This document shows, piece after piece, positions 1 to 14,865 of a stretch of DNA of 64,000 nucleotides; position 1 is the stretch's first letter; the number at the start of each line of letters is the position of its first letter. The notes beneath the pieces are model-generated. The model was not told the DNA's origin. It ran no database searches and saw only the letters and a list, made by a program, of their open reading frames with translations. Source of the DNA: Octopus vulgaris (taxonomy: Eukaryota); assembly GCA_951406725.2 (NCBI GenBank), contig OX597841.1, positions 15,624,001 through 15,688,000 on the forward strand, written 5' to 3'. The translations under genes and the position numbers were made by a program.

Positions 1-12
1 GCCAGATAATTG

Positions 13-361
<349 letters not shown>

Positions 362-381
362 CATTATTATTATCATTATTT

Positions 382-582
382 TTAAATGCATATTTTATCT
401 GTGAATTTGCGCGTGTAATCTGGGAATGCATACAATGAGCTTCTCTGCCCTAGGTGTATGGAAAACACTCGGCGATTTGCTTGTCAGTTGTTTGACCTTG
501 ACCAGTTGATTATGTCCCTTAGTGGCTGACGATATGTGCATCTCTGACCACGAGCAGAAGTAGTGGGGGACAATTATTTGGC
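382..582 (+). repeat. Chimeric inverted copy made of Dong-like 3'UTR plus element A
   Basis: 382-475 is the reverse complement of ~738-830; 476-582 is the reverse complement of ~1-120 with a small deletion. Confidence 0.75.
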
Positions 583-630
583 AACATCTTTTCTTATTTA
601 CAAATATTATTATTATCATTATTATTATTA

Positions 631-700
<70 letters not shown>

Positions 701-1162
701 GATTTTTTCCTTCTTTCTTCAAATTTTCTTCCGTTTCTCGCCGGGTGTTTTCCATACACCTAGTGCAGAGAAGCTCATTGTATGCATTCCCAGATTACAC
801 ATGCAAATTCACAGGTAAAATATGTATTTAAAAATTAATAAATAAATAAATTCATGAATGGATGTTGTTTTCACAGCGATAGTGCTCTTGTCAGTACATG
901 AGCCGTACCAGTTAATACGATTTTTTGCACTTCCTGTAGGGATGGTAAGCCTGGAATCATTTTCAAATAGGTTTCAGTACCTTTTTTCTTTATCATTCCT
1001 AGAGATCCTACAATCACTAGTACTGTAGTCGCCTTGAGATCCCACAATCATTCAATTTCCATTAGCAGGTCTTTATATTTACTAATCTTGTCAAATTCTT
1101 TCGCCGCTATATTGTGATCATAGGGAATACTCATGTCAATTAATAAACTCATCCTTTTTGTC

Positions 1163-1164
<2 letters not shown>
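701..1164 (-). mobile_element. 5'-truncated Dong/R4-like non-LTR retrotransposon (restriction-like endonuclease C-terminus and 3'UTR) inside (TAA)n
   Basis: Minus-strand translation LLIDMSIPYDHNIAAKEFDKISKYKDL..VIVGSLG..VQKIVLTGTAHVLTRALSL* (stop 871-873; one internal stop and a frameshift); (TAA)n on both sides. Confidence 0.85.
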
Positions 1165-1203
<39 letters not shown>

Positions 1204-1704
1204 TCATTATTCAGGTTATTTGTATGAACAAATGGGAAATGATTTAGTTGACTTCGACCATTGAAAGCAAGTGCTCCAGAAAGGCCGCAGTCCAGTGACT
1301 GAAACAAGCAAAGGATAAAAGCTTAAAAAAGGTTTAAAGGATACCCGGTATTTGAATGATAGTAATAATACAAGACGTGGTGTGCACGGATGGATTGTCA
1401 ACAACACGAACGCAGACAACAGTTCCACGCGCATTTGCATCTCACCCCCCTCCACCGCCCTTCACCTTTAAGAGCCAACACCAGCATCTCCGCCCCCGAC
1501 ACACAATGGGGACGGTATTCCTGACGGATTGGACAAACCTACAATGATCTGTCATATATACCCGGGATGCGTGAGTCATCATGTAATGGGTGGATCTGGG
1601 GTAGGGGTATGGTGGTGGCGGGGGTCGGAGCGAGAGAGAGAGAGGAGGAGGAGGATGTGGGGAGGAGGTGGGTGTAACTGTGTCAGAGCGGATTACGATT
1701 TTTG

Positions 1705-1836
1705 TATGTATGTATGTGGATGTATGTGTGTGTGTGTATGTTTGTGTGTGTATGTATATATGTATGCTTGTATGAGTGTGTGTGTGTGTATATCCATGTA
1801 TGTATGTACGTATGTGTGTACGTGTGTGTGTATGTA

Positions 1837-1872
<36 letters not shown>

Positions 1873-2480
1873 TGTATGTATGTATGTATGTATGTATGTA
1901 TATATATATATATATATGTACGTATGTGTATATGTATTCATTTATGTACGTGTATGTGTATGTATGCATGTATGCATACGTGTGTCTATGTATATATGCG
2001 TACGTACGTATGTATGTATATGTATTTATTATGTATGTGTGTATATGTATGTATATGTGTGTATGTATATATGAATGTATGCGTGTCTTTAGATGCATGT
2101 ATGTGTGTATGTATGTATGTGTGTGTCTATGTATGTGTGTGTATGTATGTGTATGTATGTACGTATGTATATATTTATGTATGTATCCATGTATCTACGT
2201 GCGTATGAATGAGTGTGTATATACGTATGTGTGCTTGTATATTTATGTATGTGTAAGTATGTTTGTATGTATGCACATATGTATGTGTTTGTATACATTT
2301 GTGTGCATGTATTATGTATGTCTGAGTAAGTATGTGTGAATGTTTGTATGTATGAATGTATATATGAATGTATGTGTGTACATGTTTGTATATACATATG
2401 TGTGTATATGTAGATGTGTATGTTTGTATGTAAGTATGTATGTGTTTATATATGTGTATGTATGCATATTTGTATATATC
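1705..2480. repeat. Compound (TATG)n/(TG)n/(TA)n microsatellite
   Basis: Direct inspection. Confidence 0.95.
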
Positions 2481-2709
2481 GTTGGTATTATGCAAAAGTG
2501 TCTTAAGTCCAAAGGAAAACGAAAGAATAGTTTCACCATTCCATAGCAAAACCGTTCTACTACACTTTGACAGTTTTTGATATCTTGGCATCCAAAGCGG
2601 CTGGAGATACGACAGTTTGACCTAAAGAACCGGCCATTGCAAGCAGAAATAAATATTGCAGAAAAAACGCCTTTGGCTAAATTTGGACATTAAGACAGGT
2701 TAACATAAT

Positions 2710-3014
2710 CACGTGATCACGTGACCGACCAGACCATCAGATGTTGTTACACATCGCTGGTCACAATGCGCTTCGCATTGTTTTAGCCTTCGTATGACGC
2801 CACCACGCTGGCTAAGCGAGCAGGCCAACAGAAGAAAGAGTGGGAAAAAGAGTGGTGAAAGAGTACAGCAGGGATCACAGCCCCCTGCCGGAGACTCGTG
2901 GAGCTGTTATGTGTTTTCGCTCAATAAACACTCACAACGCCCGGTCTGGGAATCGAAACCGCGATCCTGCGACCGCGAGTCTTCTGCCCTAACCACTAGG
3001 CCATTGCGACTCCA
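2710..3014 (-). mobile_element. tRNA-headed SINE, family S3
   Basis: Head TGGCCTAGTGGTTAGGGCAG..GGTTTCGATTCCC (A and B boxes); other copies at 3187-3250, 9935-10033, 34789-35288, 36352-36452. Confidence 0.8.
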
Positions 3015-3021
3015 GTTTAAC

Positions 3022-3052
<31 letters not shown>

Positions 3053-3056
<4 letters not shown>

Positions 3057-3122
3057 AACGTGAAATACAGGAAGGGACGAACACGGAACACAGACAAATC
3101 ATTCGAAGCCTTCAATCTTCAG
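3053..3122 (-). mobile_element. Truncated relative of the 21146-21470 permuted-HHR element
   Basis: Minus strand CTGAAGATTGAAGGCTTCGAATG matches CTGATGACTGAGGGCTTCGAATG at 21370-21392; sits beside (TA)n. Confidence 0.6.
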
Positions 3123-3263
3123 ATATGTATATGTGTGGGTGTGCGCGTGGGTGTGGGTGTATGTGTGTGTGTCTACACACATACACCCAGTGGTTAGGGC
3201 AGCAGACTCGCGGTCGGAGGATCGCGGTTTCGATTCCCAGACCAGGCGTTGTGTATGGTTGTC

Positions 3264-3308
<45 letters not shown>

Positions 3309-3591
3309 TTGGTGAGGGAGAATGTGAGAAATAATGAGTCGTTCTGTGAAGTTGTTGTTGATGAGGATGATGATGATGAGGAGGAGGAGGAGGAGGGGGA
3401 GGGCATCATGATCACATACACATTGATAATTTCGTTATGTGTTTATTGTCGACATTCATGAAACCCGAGAACATCGATTCCAGTCTGTCTGTTTGTCGAT
3501 ATCTACCTATTTATCGCCCAGAGTCGAGCCATCCATCATTTCCATCAATCTGTCCCCTCTGTGTTCAGCTCTGTGTGCCTAATTAAGAAAC

Positions 3592-3617
3592 ATATCTATC
3601 TATCTATCTATCCATCC

Positions 3618-3682
<65 letters not shown>

Positions 3683-3722
3683 CCTATCTATCCATCAATC
3701 TATCTACCTATCTATCTATCTA

Positions 3723-3758
<36 letters not shown>

Positions 3759-3763
3759 TCTAA

Positions 3764-3825
<62 letters not shown>

Positions 3826-4025
3826 CTCCCTCTGTCTCTCTCTCTCTCTCTGTCTATCTATCTATCTATCTATCTCTATCTATCTATCTCTTTCTATCTC
3901 CCTCTGTCTGTCTGTCTGTCTCTCTCTATCTATCTATCTATTTATCCCTCTCTCTATCTCTCTATCTCTCTCCCTCTGTCTCTCTGTCTCTCTCTCTCTC
4001 TCTCTCCCTATCTACCTATCTATCC
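3592..4025. repeat. (TATC)n/(TC)n compound microsatellite
   Basis: Direct inspection. Confidence 0.95.
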
Positions 4026-4604
4026 GTTCTAGCTCTATATCTTTGTCCACATCTATATCCCTCAATTATAATGGCGGTGATTGTTGAGTTAAACTTCTGT
4101 AATTCTGCCAATACTCTTCATACCTGTCTGCTAGTCGCCGTTTATTCCGAAAGCCAGAAAAATGGAGTAATTTACAAACGCGAAACGTTGAAGAATCGCA
4201 ATTCGCCATATATTCTGAACAGGATCGACGATATCATCTTGTGCGGTGCGGTGGTACACAAATTTTTTCAGGCTGCCGTCTCCTTGTTTCTAAGGCCATA
4301 TTCCTAGTGCTCCCCTATTTATATTGACAAGGGGCACAAATCCCGAAACTAGTCCGGGCGTATCACTCAGGCTTGCGAGGAAGGGATGGCCTCCTTTTGC
4401 AAATACTTCAAGGGCACTGAAATGGTGTCTAAAGCCAGCTGGAGACGACGATCTCCTGGGGCTATAAAGCTACAGTAACACCCCCTCCCCTATGTGGTTA
4501 GCCATGTTAAGATGGCTTCTATACTTTACATTATCGAGCGATTACTGTTTCAATCTCATTCTGAGATTTAATAATGCTATATATATATATATATATATAT
4601 ATAG

Positions 4605-5012
4605 TCTTTTACTTGTTTCAGTCATTTGACTGCGGCCATGCTGGAGCACCACCTTTAGTCGAGCAAATCGACCCCAGGACTTATTCTTTGTAATCCTAGT
4701 ACTTATTCTATTGGTCTCTTTGGCCGAATCGCTAAGTTACGGGGACGTAAACGCACCAGCATTGGTTGTCAAGCAATGCTAGGGGGACAAACACAGACAC
4801 ACAAACATATACAAACACATACATATATATATATATATATATACACATAAACGACGGGCTTCTTTCAGTTTCCGTCTACCAGATCCACTCACAAGGCTTT
4901 GGTCGGCCTGAGGTTATAGTAGCAGACACTTGCCCAAGCTGCTACGCAGTGGGACTGAACCCGGAACCATGTGGTTGGTAAGCAAGCTACTTACCACACA
5001 GCAACTCCTGCG
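4605..5012 (-). mobile_element. tRNA-headed bipartite SINE, family S1, full length
   Basis: Head with A box (family consensus TGGCTGTGTGG) and B box GGGTTCAGTCCC; internal (TA)/(TG) tract; tail GGTGCTCCAGCATGGCCGCAGTCAAATGACTGAAACAAGTAAAAGA; more than 20 full or partial copies in the window. Confidence 0.9.
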
Positions 5013-5023
5013 TACGAATTTTC

Positions 5024-5079
<56 letters not shown>

Positions 5080-5598
5080 CGTATGTGTGTGTGTGTGTGT
5101 TGTTTGTATTAGTAGAACATTTAAAGGTTGCCAGAGTGGCAGGGATGGGTCTCGGGCGTTGTATATGTCATTTAGAAAGCCGGATGAAAGTTCCGGGTAT
5201 GCAAGGGTTGGGGGGAAACCAAAGCGCAGGGACAATGGACCGTGACGGATTAGTAGTGGTTGGGGAGGGGAGGGGAGCGATTGGGGGTGGGGGTGAGAAG
5301 GGTGTTGGGTGGACGGGTGGAGGGGTGGGTGGGTGTTGTTAAGCTTTTGTCTTTCAGTTTTGCTGTAGTCATTAGACTGCGGCCATGCTGGAGCACCGCC
5401 TTGAAGAGATTTTAGCTGAATGAATCGACCCATGCTCTTCTTTAAAACACAGTACCCATTCTATCGCCCCCTTTTGTCGAACCGATAGGTTGCGTGAACG
5501 TAAACAAACCAATATCGGTTGACAAGCGGTGTAGGGAGGCAGACACAGCCAGAAGACACGCACACTCACACACACACATATATATATATAGATGTGTG

Positions 5599-5667
<69 letters not shown>

Positions 5668-5693
5668 ATATGACGTTTGTCTGTCCTTGTCTG

Positions 5694-5870
5694 TCCCCTC
5701 TGTGTTTAGTCCCTCCCCATTGTGGGTAGTAAAGAAATAGGTATTTCGTCTGCTGCTACGTTCTGAGTTCAAATTCCGCCGAGGTCGACTTTGCCTTTCA
5801 TCGTTTCGGGGTCCATAAAAGAAGTACCAGTTGAACATTGGAGGGGTCAACGTAATCGAATCAACCAACT
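5694..5870 (+). mobile_element. SINE family S2 fragment
   Basis: GAGTTCAAATTCCGCCGAGGTCGACTTTGCCTTTCATC motif shared with 18055-18415, 30097-30505, 33485-34005, 41175-41668, 49586-49813. Confidence 0.8.
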
Positions 5871-5913
5871 AACTCCCCACCCCCCAAAACTGCTGCCTTT
5901 GGGGCAAAATTTG

Positions 5914-5947
<34 letters not shown>

Positions 5948-5948
5948 C

Positions 5949-6011
<63 letters not shown>

Positions 6012-6184
6012 AGTAGTGGTGGTGGTGGTGGTGGTGGTGGTGGTGGTGGTGGTGGTGGTGGTGGTGGTGGTGGAGTTTATCTGGTGGAGGGGTGTTAGTA
6101 ATTGTATAATGTTGGGATCAGATGGGCAGATTACAGAGTCACCCCCTCTCACTACCATGGATCAAGTTCCAGTCCTAACCCCTA

Positions 6185-6218
<34 letters not shown>

Positions 6219-6688
6219 GACTATTTGTGAACAGTAAAAAAGATTTGAAATAGGGAAACTGTTTAAAAATAATAAAACAAAAAAATGAATAATAAATAAA
6301 TAAAAATACGTAATGGCGGCGTTGGCGATTATTGAAGAGAAATAGAATGGACAGTGAGAGAGGGTGAGGGGGGAAGCGGGAGGTGTAGTGAGAGAAGGGG
6401 GAGGAAAGCAGATAGACAGAGAAGGAGTGAAAGAGAGAAGGAGAAAGGGAAAGATAGAGAGGGAGAGAGAGAGTGACAAAGAGAATACGCAGAGAGAAAA
6501 TATATACACACACTCACAGACATACAGACAGACATATACACATACATATGTGTATGTCTATATAAATGTTATATAGATATGTGTGTGTGAACATATATGT
6601 TCACACACACATATATACATGTGTATATATGCATATATATATATATACACATTCATACATACATATATATATACATAAACATATATAC

Positions 6689-6727
<39 letters not shown>

Positions 6728-6773
6728 TACATACATACATACACATACATACATACACACACACACACATATA

Positions 6774-6838
<65 letters not shown>

Positions 6839-7180
6839 TTATATATAAACATATATATATATATATGTGTGTGTGTATGTATGTATATATATATATATAT
6901 ATATACGCGGAGATGCAATGGCCCAGTGGTTACACAATTACACACACATACACAAGCACACGCGCACACACACAACACAATTGCACACACACACACATAC
7001 ACAAACACACAAACACACACAAACACACACACACACGCACAAACACACACATGTCCATCCTCCATCTTCTATCTACCCACAACCCGGCACCGCCATTCGC
7101 ATCGCTTGCCTCCAAGCCACAACAACGCCAGACGTTCGTTCGTTCGTTCGCCCGTTCTTTCGCTCGATCTAATTTCCAGC

Positions 7181-7270
<90 letters not shown>

Positions 7271-7753
7271 CTCTCTCTCTCTCTCCCTCTCTCTCTCCCT
7301 CTCTCTCTTTCATTCTTTCCACTCCACCACCTTAAACTGAAGCCTCTCTTCAAACCTCGATGCTCTCCAGAGCCAACCCAGATCACCACCACCACCACCA
7401 CCACCACCACCACCACCGTCCTAAAAACCCTTCCGCCCTCGCCTCCCACACCTCTTCCTACTACTTCAACCGGCTCCTTCTACAACACCCTACACCTCCC
7501 CATCTTGTCACCCCTGTCACACTCTCTCTCTCTCTCTCTCTCTCTCTCTAGCTCTATCTCTCCCTTCTCCTTCTCCTACCCCCTAACAACCACTCCTACT
7601 CACAATACTAACCCCCGTTTCTAGTCTCCCACTTACCCTATAACCGCCCCCCTCCCGCTGAGCCTTCTGTCACAAATGGTTCTTATTGTAGGGCAGGCCG
7701 GCTATTACGAGTCAACCGTGATGTCTGTGTGTCACCCTTATTCTATCTACCCA

Positions 7754-7791
<38 letters not shown>

Positions 7792-8154
7792 GATATAGTG
7801 TATATTTAAACACATAAGGAATCACTTCTAGGGAATTCAACACGCTAGAAAGAACAGCTAGGTCCTGTAAACCACAAAAATAACGGATAAAATTCGACAG
7901 GAATAAATTTGGAAATGAAAAACATTTACCATCTAGTTCCTGGAACAATTGGTTTCTGATCATCTTTTAGTGAGTCAAGGGGAACTCACAGGGTCTGATT
8001 TTCTTCAGCCAGGTCTAACCTAGGGTTGTACATATCCAACACGAGACAAACAAGCCTACTTGTCTCATGTTTATACGAACTAACTATTCAAATTTTTCTG
8101 TGCAGACGCAGCCCTTCGCTGGCTACAATATCTATCTATCTATATCTATATCTA

Positions 8155-8253
<99 letters not shown>

Positions 8254-8356
8254 TATAAAAAAAACGAACAAACGCAAGAAAAAAGAAAAGACAACAGCGC
8301 GAGGACGACGAACGCGCAAAGTATTAGCAGACGCTCAGGGAAGGAGGGAAAGGTGG

Positions 8357-8390
8357 GTTTACGTTTCGAGCAATGCTCTTCGTCAGAAGC
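8357..8390 (-). ncRNA. Minimal type I hammerhead ribozyme motif in a ~200-bp (TA)n-inserted element (8255-8462)
   Basis: CUGACGA-a-GAGC(auu)GCUC-GAAA-CG-UA; palindromic ACGU stem III; stem I only 2 bp. Confidence 0.6.
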
Positions 8391-8505
8391 AGGAGACACA
8401 GGAAAGTCTAAGAGAAAAAGAAGACGAACGAAAAAAATTCGCTAACGATTCACATATGGTTACAATATATACATATATACATATATACATATATATACAA
8501 TATAT

Positions 8506-8574
<69 letters not shown>

Positions 8575-8645
8575 ATGATAGATCGTTAGCTCCTACACGC
8601 ATTTTTTTTCTCTCCTTGTTTCTCTCCTTGTTTTTTTCTGTGTCC

Positions 8646-8681
8646 CTTTCTGTCGAAGAGCGTAGGCTCGAAACGTAAAAG
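8646..8681 (+). ncRNA. Minimal type I hammerhead-like motif (core A6>U) in a ~200-bp (TA)n-inserted element (8571-8779)
   Basis: CUUU-CUGUCGA-a-GAGC(guag)GCUC-GAAA-CG-UA-AAAG; stem I CUUU/AAAG; homologous to the 8255-8462 element, in opposite orientation. Confidence 0.55.
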
Positions 8682-8777
8682 ACTTTTCTATTTCTATTCC
8701 TGAGCGCTATACTAATACATTTGTTTGTTTGTACTCCACCTGCCTTCGTCTTTTGTTTATTTTCGTAAACTTTCCCG

Positions 8778-8836
<59 letters not shown>

Positions 8837-9282
8837 AATATATATATATATATATATATGCGTAGTATATATATATGGGCCTGGATTTTCTAACACTCTC
8901 CATGATATTACATGTGGAATTTCCCTCGTCCTTCAGCCGCCATACATGGCTGGCTATTGATGTAGCATATCTCCTTTCCGGTATGCTGAAAGACTATTCG
9001 TGGTTGGAGAAACGTTGCTTAAACGTGTTACCAGAGCATACGGTGTATCTCCGTGTGCGGCTGTTGATGATGCTGTATGCGCTAGTGTTGACGCTGCTGC
9101 TACCGCTGTTGTTGGTACTGGTGCTGTTGTTGGCGTCGTTGATGGTGGTGATAGTGTTGGTGTAGGAGACATCCACGGCGGTGGCGCTGTTGTTGGTGTT
9201 TTGGTCATCGTCGCTGATGTTGAAGCGGTTGTCGGCGCTAACATGGAGGGTGGTGCTGTTACTGTGGTTTTAGTTAACATTT

Positions 9283-9502
9283 GTATATGGAGGTCCAGCA
9301 GTCGCCCATGCATACCAGCCTCCCCCCACCTCAATGCCACCGATGTTATCCAAAGGAAAGGCAAAGGGGCCGATACAGCTTGGGCCAGTGATGTCGCAAC
9401 TCATTTCTACACTTGAGCGAATTAGAATAACGAGAAATAAAGCGTCTTGCTCAAGAACACAACACACAGCCCGGTCCCGGAATCGTACTCATTACTTCAT
9501 GA
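9283..9502 (-). mobile_element. SINE family S4 fragment
   Basis: Reverse-complement match to 24631-24962. Confidence 0.75.
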
Positions 9503-9562
9503 TGTATGTATGTATGTATGTATGTATGTATGTATGTATGTATGTATGTATGTATGTATGTA

Positions 9563-9608
<46 letters not shown>

Positions 9609-10361
9609 TATATACCGGAGTAAACACTTAAATGTGAAACAAGGTGGAAAAAAGAGTACTCAAATACTAGGGGTAGAGTAATATGCTTTCTTTATATGCG
9701 CCTATATATATAGGCGCCGGAATGGGGCTGTGTGGACATGTGCAGCGGTGGCTGTGTGATTGTAAGCTTGCTTCCCAGCCACACGGCTCCGGGTTCACTC
9801 CCACTGCGTGGCACCTTGGGCAAGTGACTTCTACTATAGCCTCAGGCCGACTAAAGCCTTGTGAGTGGATTTGGTAGACGGAAACCGACAGAAGCTCGTC
9901 TTATAAAAAAAATATCTATGTATATAAATATTGTTCTCCCACTAAACACTCACAACGTGCGGTTTAGGAATCGAAACCGCGATCCTATGGCCTCGAGTTC
10001 GCTGCCTTAACCACTGGGCTACTGCGCTTCCACGCACACACACACACACACACACACACATACATATATATACGTTTGTGTATGTGTGTAGTATCTCCTT
10101 ATATGTCATTGGCGATAGTTCAACGTTTGTATCGAGCGAAGGTCTTCAGTATTTTTTGTTGCAAGTCGTAAATAATACACAGACAACAAATTCTTCTGAA
10201 TAATATATTAGACATATAATGTGCGCGCATATGATATATATATAAAATAGAAAACCCAGCAAACCCCCCTTTCTTTCTCACTCTCAATTACGTGTCAACA
10301 CTTTATTAATTATGCATTTGTATATATTTTTGCATGCTACCTATACACATATACCAATATA

Positions 10362-10404
<43 letters not shown>

Positions 10405-10456
10405 ATATATATATGTGTGTGTGTGTGCGTGTGTGTATGGATATATATATGCGTGT

Positions 10457-10490
<34 letters not shown>

Positions 10491-10989
10491 ATGTATGTAT
10501 GTGTGCGTACGCTAAAGCAGAGATCGTGTGTGTGTGTGTGTACGTGCTTGTGTGTATATGTACCTGTGTGTGAGTGTGTGTGTGTATATGGAGGTGGTGA
10601 GTGTGCATGCGTGTGTGTGCATGGACGTATGTGCGTATGTGTGAGTGCACGGCGTGTATGCGCGCTCGTGTGTGTGTGTATGTGCCTGTGTGAGTGAGTG
10701 TGTGTGTGTGTGTTTATGGGGGGGGTGCATGCGTGTGTGTGTGCACGCACGTATGTGCGTATGTGTGAGTGCATGTGAGAGCACGGCGTGTATGCGCGCT
10801 CGTGTGTGAGTGTGTGTGCCTGTGTGTGTGTGTGTTGTACGATCTTTCATAAATCGATATCGATGTCATACAAAAGCAGATTTATGTCATTGATCATAAT
10901 TGGTTTATTCGGGGTGGAGAAGAGATGGCAGCGATGAGAGGGTGGGCGTGCGGGTGGGGGTGGAGGGTAGAGTAGGGTGTGCCGTTGGC

Positions 10990-11815
10990 CTGTGGTGGTG
11001 GTGGTGGTGGTGGTGGTGGTCAAGGTATATGTGTGGGTGGAGGGTGGGGAGGAGGTACCTCAATTCAACTGTAATATCAATGTTATTGATAGGATGGTGA
11101 CTGGTGGTGGTGGTGGTGGTGGTGGTGGTAGTGGTCTTGGTATCGGTGGTGGTGGCTGTGGTGGTGGTGTTGGTGTAGTGGTGATGGCGTTCGTGGTGGC
11201 GGTGACAGTACTGGGTAAAGTGGCGATGGAGAGAGAGATGGTGGTTGTGGTGGTAGTTGTAGTAGTAGTAGTGGTGATGGTGGTGATGATAGTGGTGGTG
11301 GTGGCGGCGGCGGCGGCGGCGGCGGTGGTGGTGGTGGTGGTAGTGGTGATGATGGTAATGGTGATGGTGGTGATGGTGGTAGTTGTAGTAGTAGTGGTGA
11401 TGGTGGTGATGAAGTGGTGGTGGTGGTAGTAGTGAGTAGTGGTGGTGGTGGTACTGTTGTAGTAGTAGTGGTGATGGTGGTGGTGGTGGTGGTGGTAGTT
11501 GTAGTAGTAGTGGTGATGGTGGTGATGATAGTGGTGGTGGTGTAGTGGTGGTGGTGGTGGTTGTGGTGGTGGTGGTGGTGGTGGTAGTAGTGGTGGTGGT
11601 GGTGTGGTGGTGGTGGTGGTTGTGGTGGCTGTTGTAGTAGTGGTGATGGTGGTGGTGGTGGTGGTAGTTGTAGTAATAGTGGTGATGGTGGTGATGATGT
11701 GGTGGTGGTGGCGGCGGGGGTGGCGTGGTGGTGGTGGTGGTGGTGGTGGTGGTGGTGGTGGTGGTGGTGGTGTGGACTAGTGGTGGTTGTTGTATATGGT
11801 GGTGGTTGTGGTGGC
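10990..11815. repeat. (GGT)n/(AGT)n/(GAT)n low-complexity tract
   Basis: Direct inspection. Confidence 0.95.
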
Positions 11816-12069
11816 GAAGGTCTTTGTTGTATATGGAAGGAATGTGTTTGTGTGTGTGTTTGTTTACTATCGTGACCACGCCTGATTAGATTTGTGTGTG
11901 TGTGTGTGAGTGTGTGTGTGTGTGTGTGAGTGTGTGTGTGTATGTGTGTGTGTATTTGCGGAAGTGCATTTAATCTCTGGTTCAGTTCCAACTTTGCATC
12001 CCAAACACACGGTTCCGTGTTCAGTCCTATCGTGTGGCATTGTATATATCGATATATATATATCCCTAG

Positions 12070-12305
12070 CAAGACTCGTGGTCCCGGTTTCCCGGTTTCC
12101 CGGTTTCTATGGCGTATGTGTTCCCCAGCTGGACGGGACGCCAGTCCATCGCAGCGCTACTCCCTTTTGGCCAGCTGAATGGACTGGAGCAACGTGAAAT
12201 GAAGTGTTTTGCTCAAGAACACAACGCGTCGCCCGGTCCAGGAATCGAAACCACAATCTTACAATCATGATGCTGACACCCTAACCACTTAGCTACGCAC
12301 CTCCC
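12070..12305 (-). mobile_element. tRNA-headed SINE sharing the S4 central block, with a different tail
   Basis: TAGCTAAGTGGTTAGG..GGTTTCGATTCCTGGACC..TTGAGCAAAACACTTCATTTCACGTTGCTCCAGT. Confidence 0.75.
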
Positions 12306-12336
<31 letters not shown>

Positions 12337-12342
12337 TTACAT

Positions 12343-12373
<31 letters not shown>

Positions 12374-12438
12374 CATGCATACATCTTTGTATGTATATAT
12401 ATACATATATACACATATATATAAATATACACATATAT

Positions 12439-12479
<41 letters not shown>

Positions 12480-12520
12480 TATACAGACATATATATATTT
12501 ATACATACATACATACATAC

Positions 12521-12621
<101 letters not shown>

Positions 12622-12678
12622 TGAAACCGAACTAGAAATCTATGTGAGAGAGTGTGTGTGTGTGTGTGTGTATTCATA

Positions 12679-12756
<78 letters not shown>

Positions 12757-13273
12757 TTCACAGACGGAAACATGTGTCATTGTCTGATGATGATGATGAT
12801 GATGATGACAGATAAATACTGATCGATATTAATCGTCGTAATGAGAACGACAATTACGGTGGGTTGCCTTGTTGGTTGTTGTAATGATGATGATGACGAC
12901 GACGGCGCGGATGGTGATGCTGATGACGATGATGATGGTGATGTCACGATGATGACGCAGTGATGACAACATTGTTGTTTTGATCGTGAAAGCGATTCCG
13001 ACATATAACGATGACAAATAACGATGACAACAGGAATAACAACAACGACAACGATAACAACAACAACAACAACAACAACAACAACCAGAACAAAAACAGC
13101 AACAGCAATATCACCGACACGGGGCCTGAAATTTGGGGAGAGGATGGTAGTCGATAAAAACGACCCCAGTAGTTGACTGGTACGTAAACTCGACTCCACG
13201 GGTAAAGATCCGGAAAAAAATATAGAAAAGCATTTTGTCCGACGCGCCAAGGATTTTGCGAATCTACTAAACT

Positions 13274-13487
<214 letters not shown>

Positions 13488-13499
13488 TAATAATAATAA

Positions 13500-13938
13500 C
13501 ATTGTTTTGTCTTGGTATAAAAGATGGGCTACAGCAAATATTCTGCTCAATACCACAGATTTGCTTGTCAGTTGTTTGACCTTAACCAGTTGATTATGTC
13601 CCTTAGTGGCTGACGATATGTGCATCTCTGATCACAAGCAGAAGCAGTAGTGGGGGAGCATCATAGCCATGTGTTGGGGGGGATTCTTTGGGGTTTGAAT
13701 AATTCCCCTCTGAAAACATGGGTGGTTTGTTCAACATCCTTAAACAATCCTTATTCAGGGACCTTTACAGTAGGATAGGCTACTTGACTCGAAGGGAATT
13801 CTAAATGGGTCCCAACTGGATGGTCATTTATGAGGCTGCCTAGTGTACCCTTATCAGACGGGTAGTCATTATGAGTACTGGGCTTCGTGTATTTGTACGC
13901 TAGTATCACTTTGATTGTATGCACTGCTCTCTCACTCA
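13500..13938 (+). mobile_element. 5'-truncated, diverged copy of element A inside (TAA)n
   Basis: Matches the reverse complement of 35743-36226; ends CTCTCTCACTCA; long (TAA)n tracts on both sides. Confidence 0.8.
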
Positions 13939-13942
13939 GTGC

Positions 13943-14007
<65 letters not shown>

Positions 14008-14339
14008 GTGATTTCTTTTATTCGCAAAGTCGGCCTCGGTGGAATTTGAACTCAGAACGTAGCGGCAGACGAAATACCGCTAAACATTTCGCCCGGCATA
14101 CTAACGATTCTGTCCGCTCGCCGACATAATATAAAAGATAATATTAACACTTAATAAGTCAACTTATTTACTAAAGACCCCATCCTTTTACAATTTTTTC
14201 TTTATAAGGTGTAGTCTTCGTCTCTCGGAGTAGTACTACATCCTTTTGAAAGTGTAAATAAAGATCTGAATTGGTGAAAAGTTAAATGCACTTTCATCAA
14301 TATACCAGTTTTCTTCTGTTGCATTAGTTATGGAAGCAG

Positions 14340-14640
14340 TGTTGTTTTAGAAGCAACTGTAGTTCACCTTAACACTGTTTCTATTAAATAATATAATAAA
14401 TTTATATATCGCCGGTCTTTAGGAAAATGCTCATTTAGAAAATTTGGGGGAAGTCTTGGACAATAATGGGCCGAACATTTAAACTACAGGGGCGATTATA
14501 CCATAAATTTCTTTTCTTACTTAAGCGTTAATGAATATTACCACTGCTCTATTTTCAATGTATCCTATCGTTGAAGCCACTGCAATAATAAGCAGAATGT
14601 TTAAAGGATTCAGCCGAGGATAAGCTAGATATGTGCTTAT
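14340..14640 (-). pseudogene. Decayed Penelope-like element ORF (RT-to-GIY-YIG linker)
   Basis: Frameshifted peptides KKRNLWYNRPCSLNV, LNEHFPKDRRY and LFNRNSVKVNYSC resemble the PLE motif WFNPPxS..KHFP..IFNRNxVKxSYSC. Confidence 0.7.
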
Positions 14641-14689
14641 TAATGGTATGAGTCAAATTTTATATATGTATATATATATATATAGAGAG

Positions 14690-14790
<101 letters not shown>

Positions 14791-14819
14791 TAGATATAGA
14801 TAAATATAGATATACTTAT

Positions 14820-14865
<46 letters not shown>

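Noticed and set aside
526-560. CTGACGA in element A as a hammerhead core
   Set aside because: No GAAA or UH strand with matching stems nearby
4075-4500. Possible exon in unique-looking sequence
   Set aside because: No recognisable protein motif; 4434-4480 resembles 63920-63964 inverted, suggesting an unclassified repeat
9000-9416. Val/Gly/Ala-rich 138-aa ORF
   Set aside because: Degenerate trinucleotide repeat running into an S4 SINE
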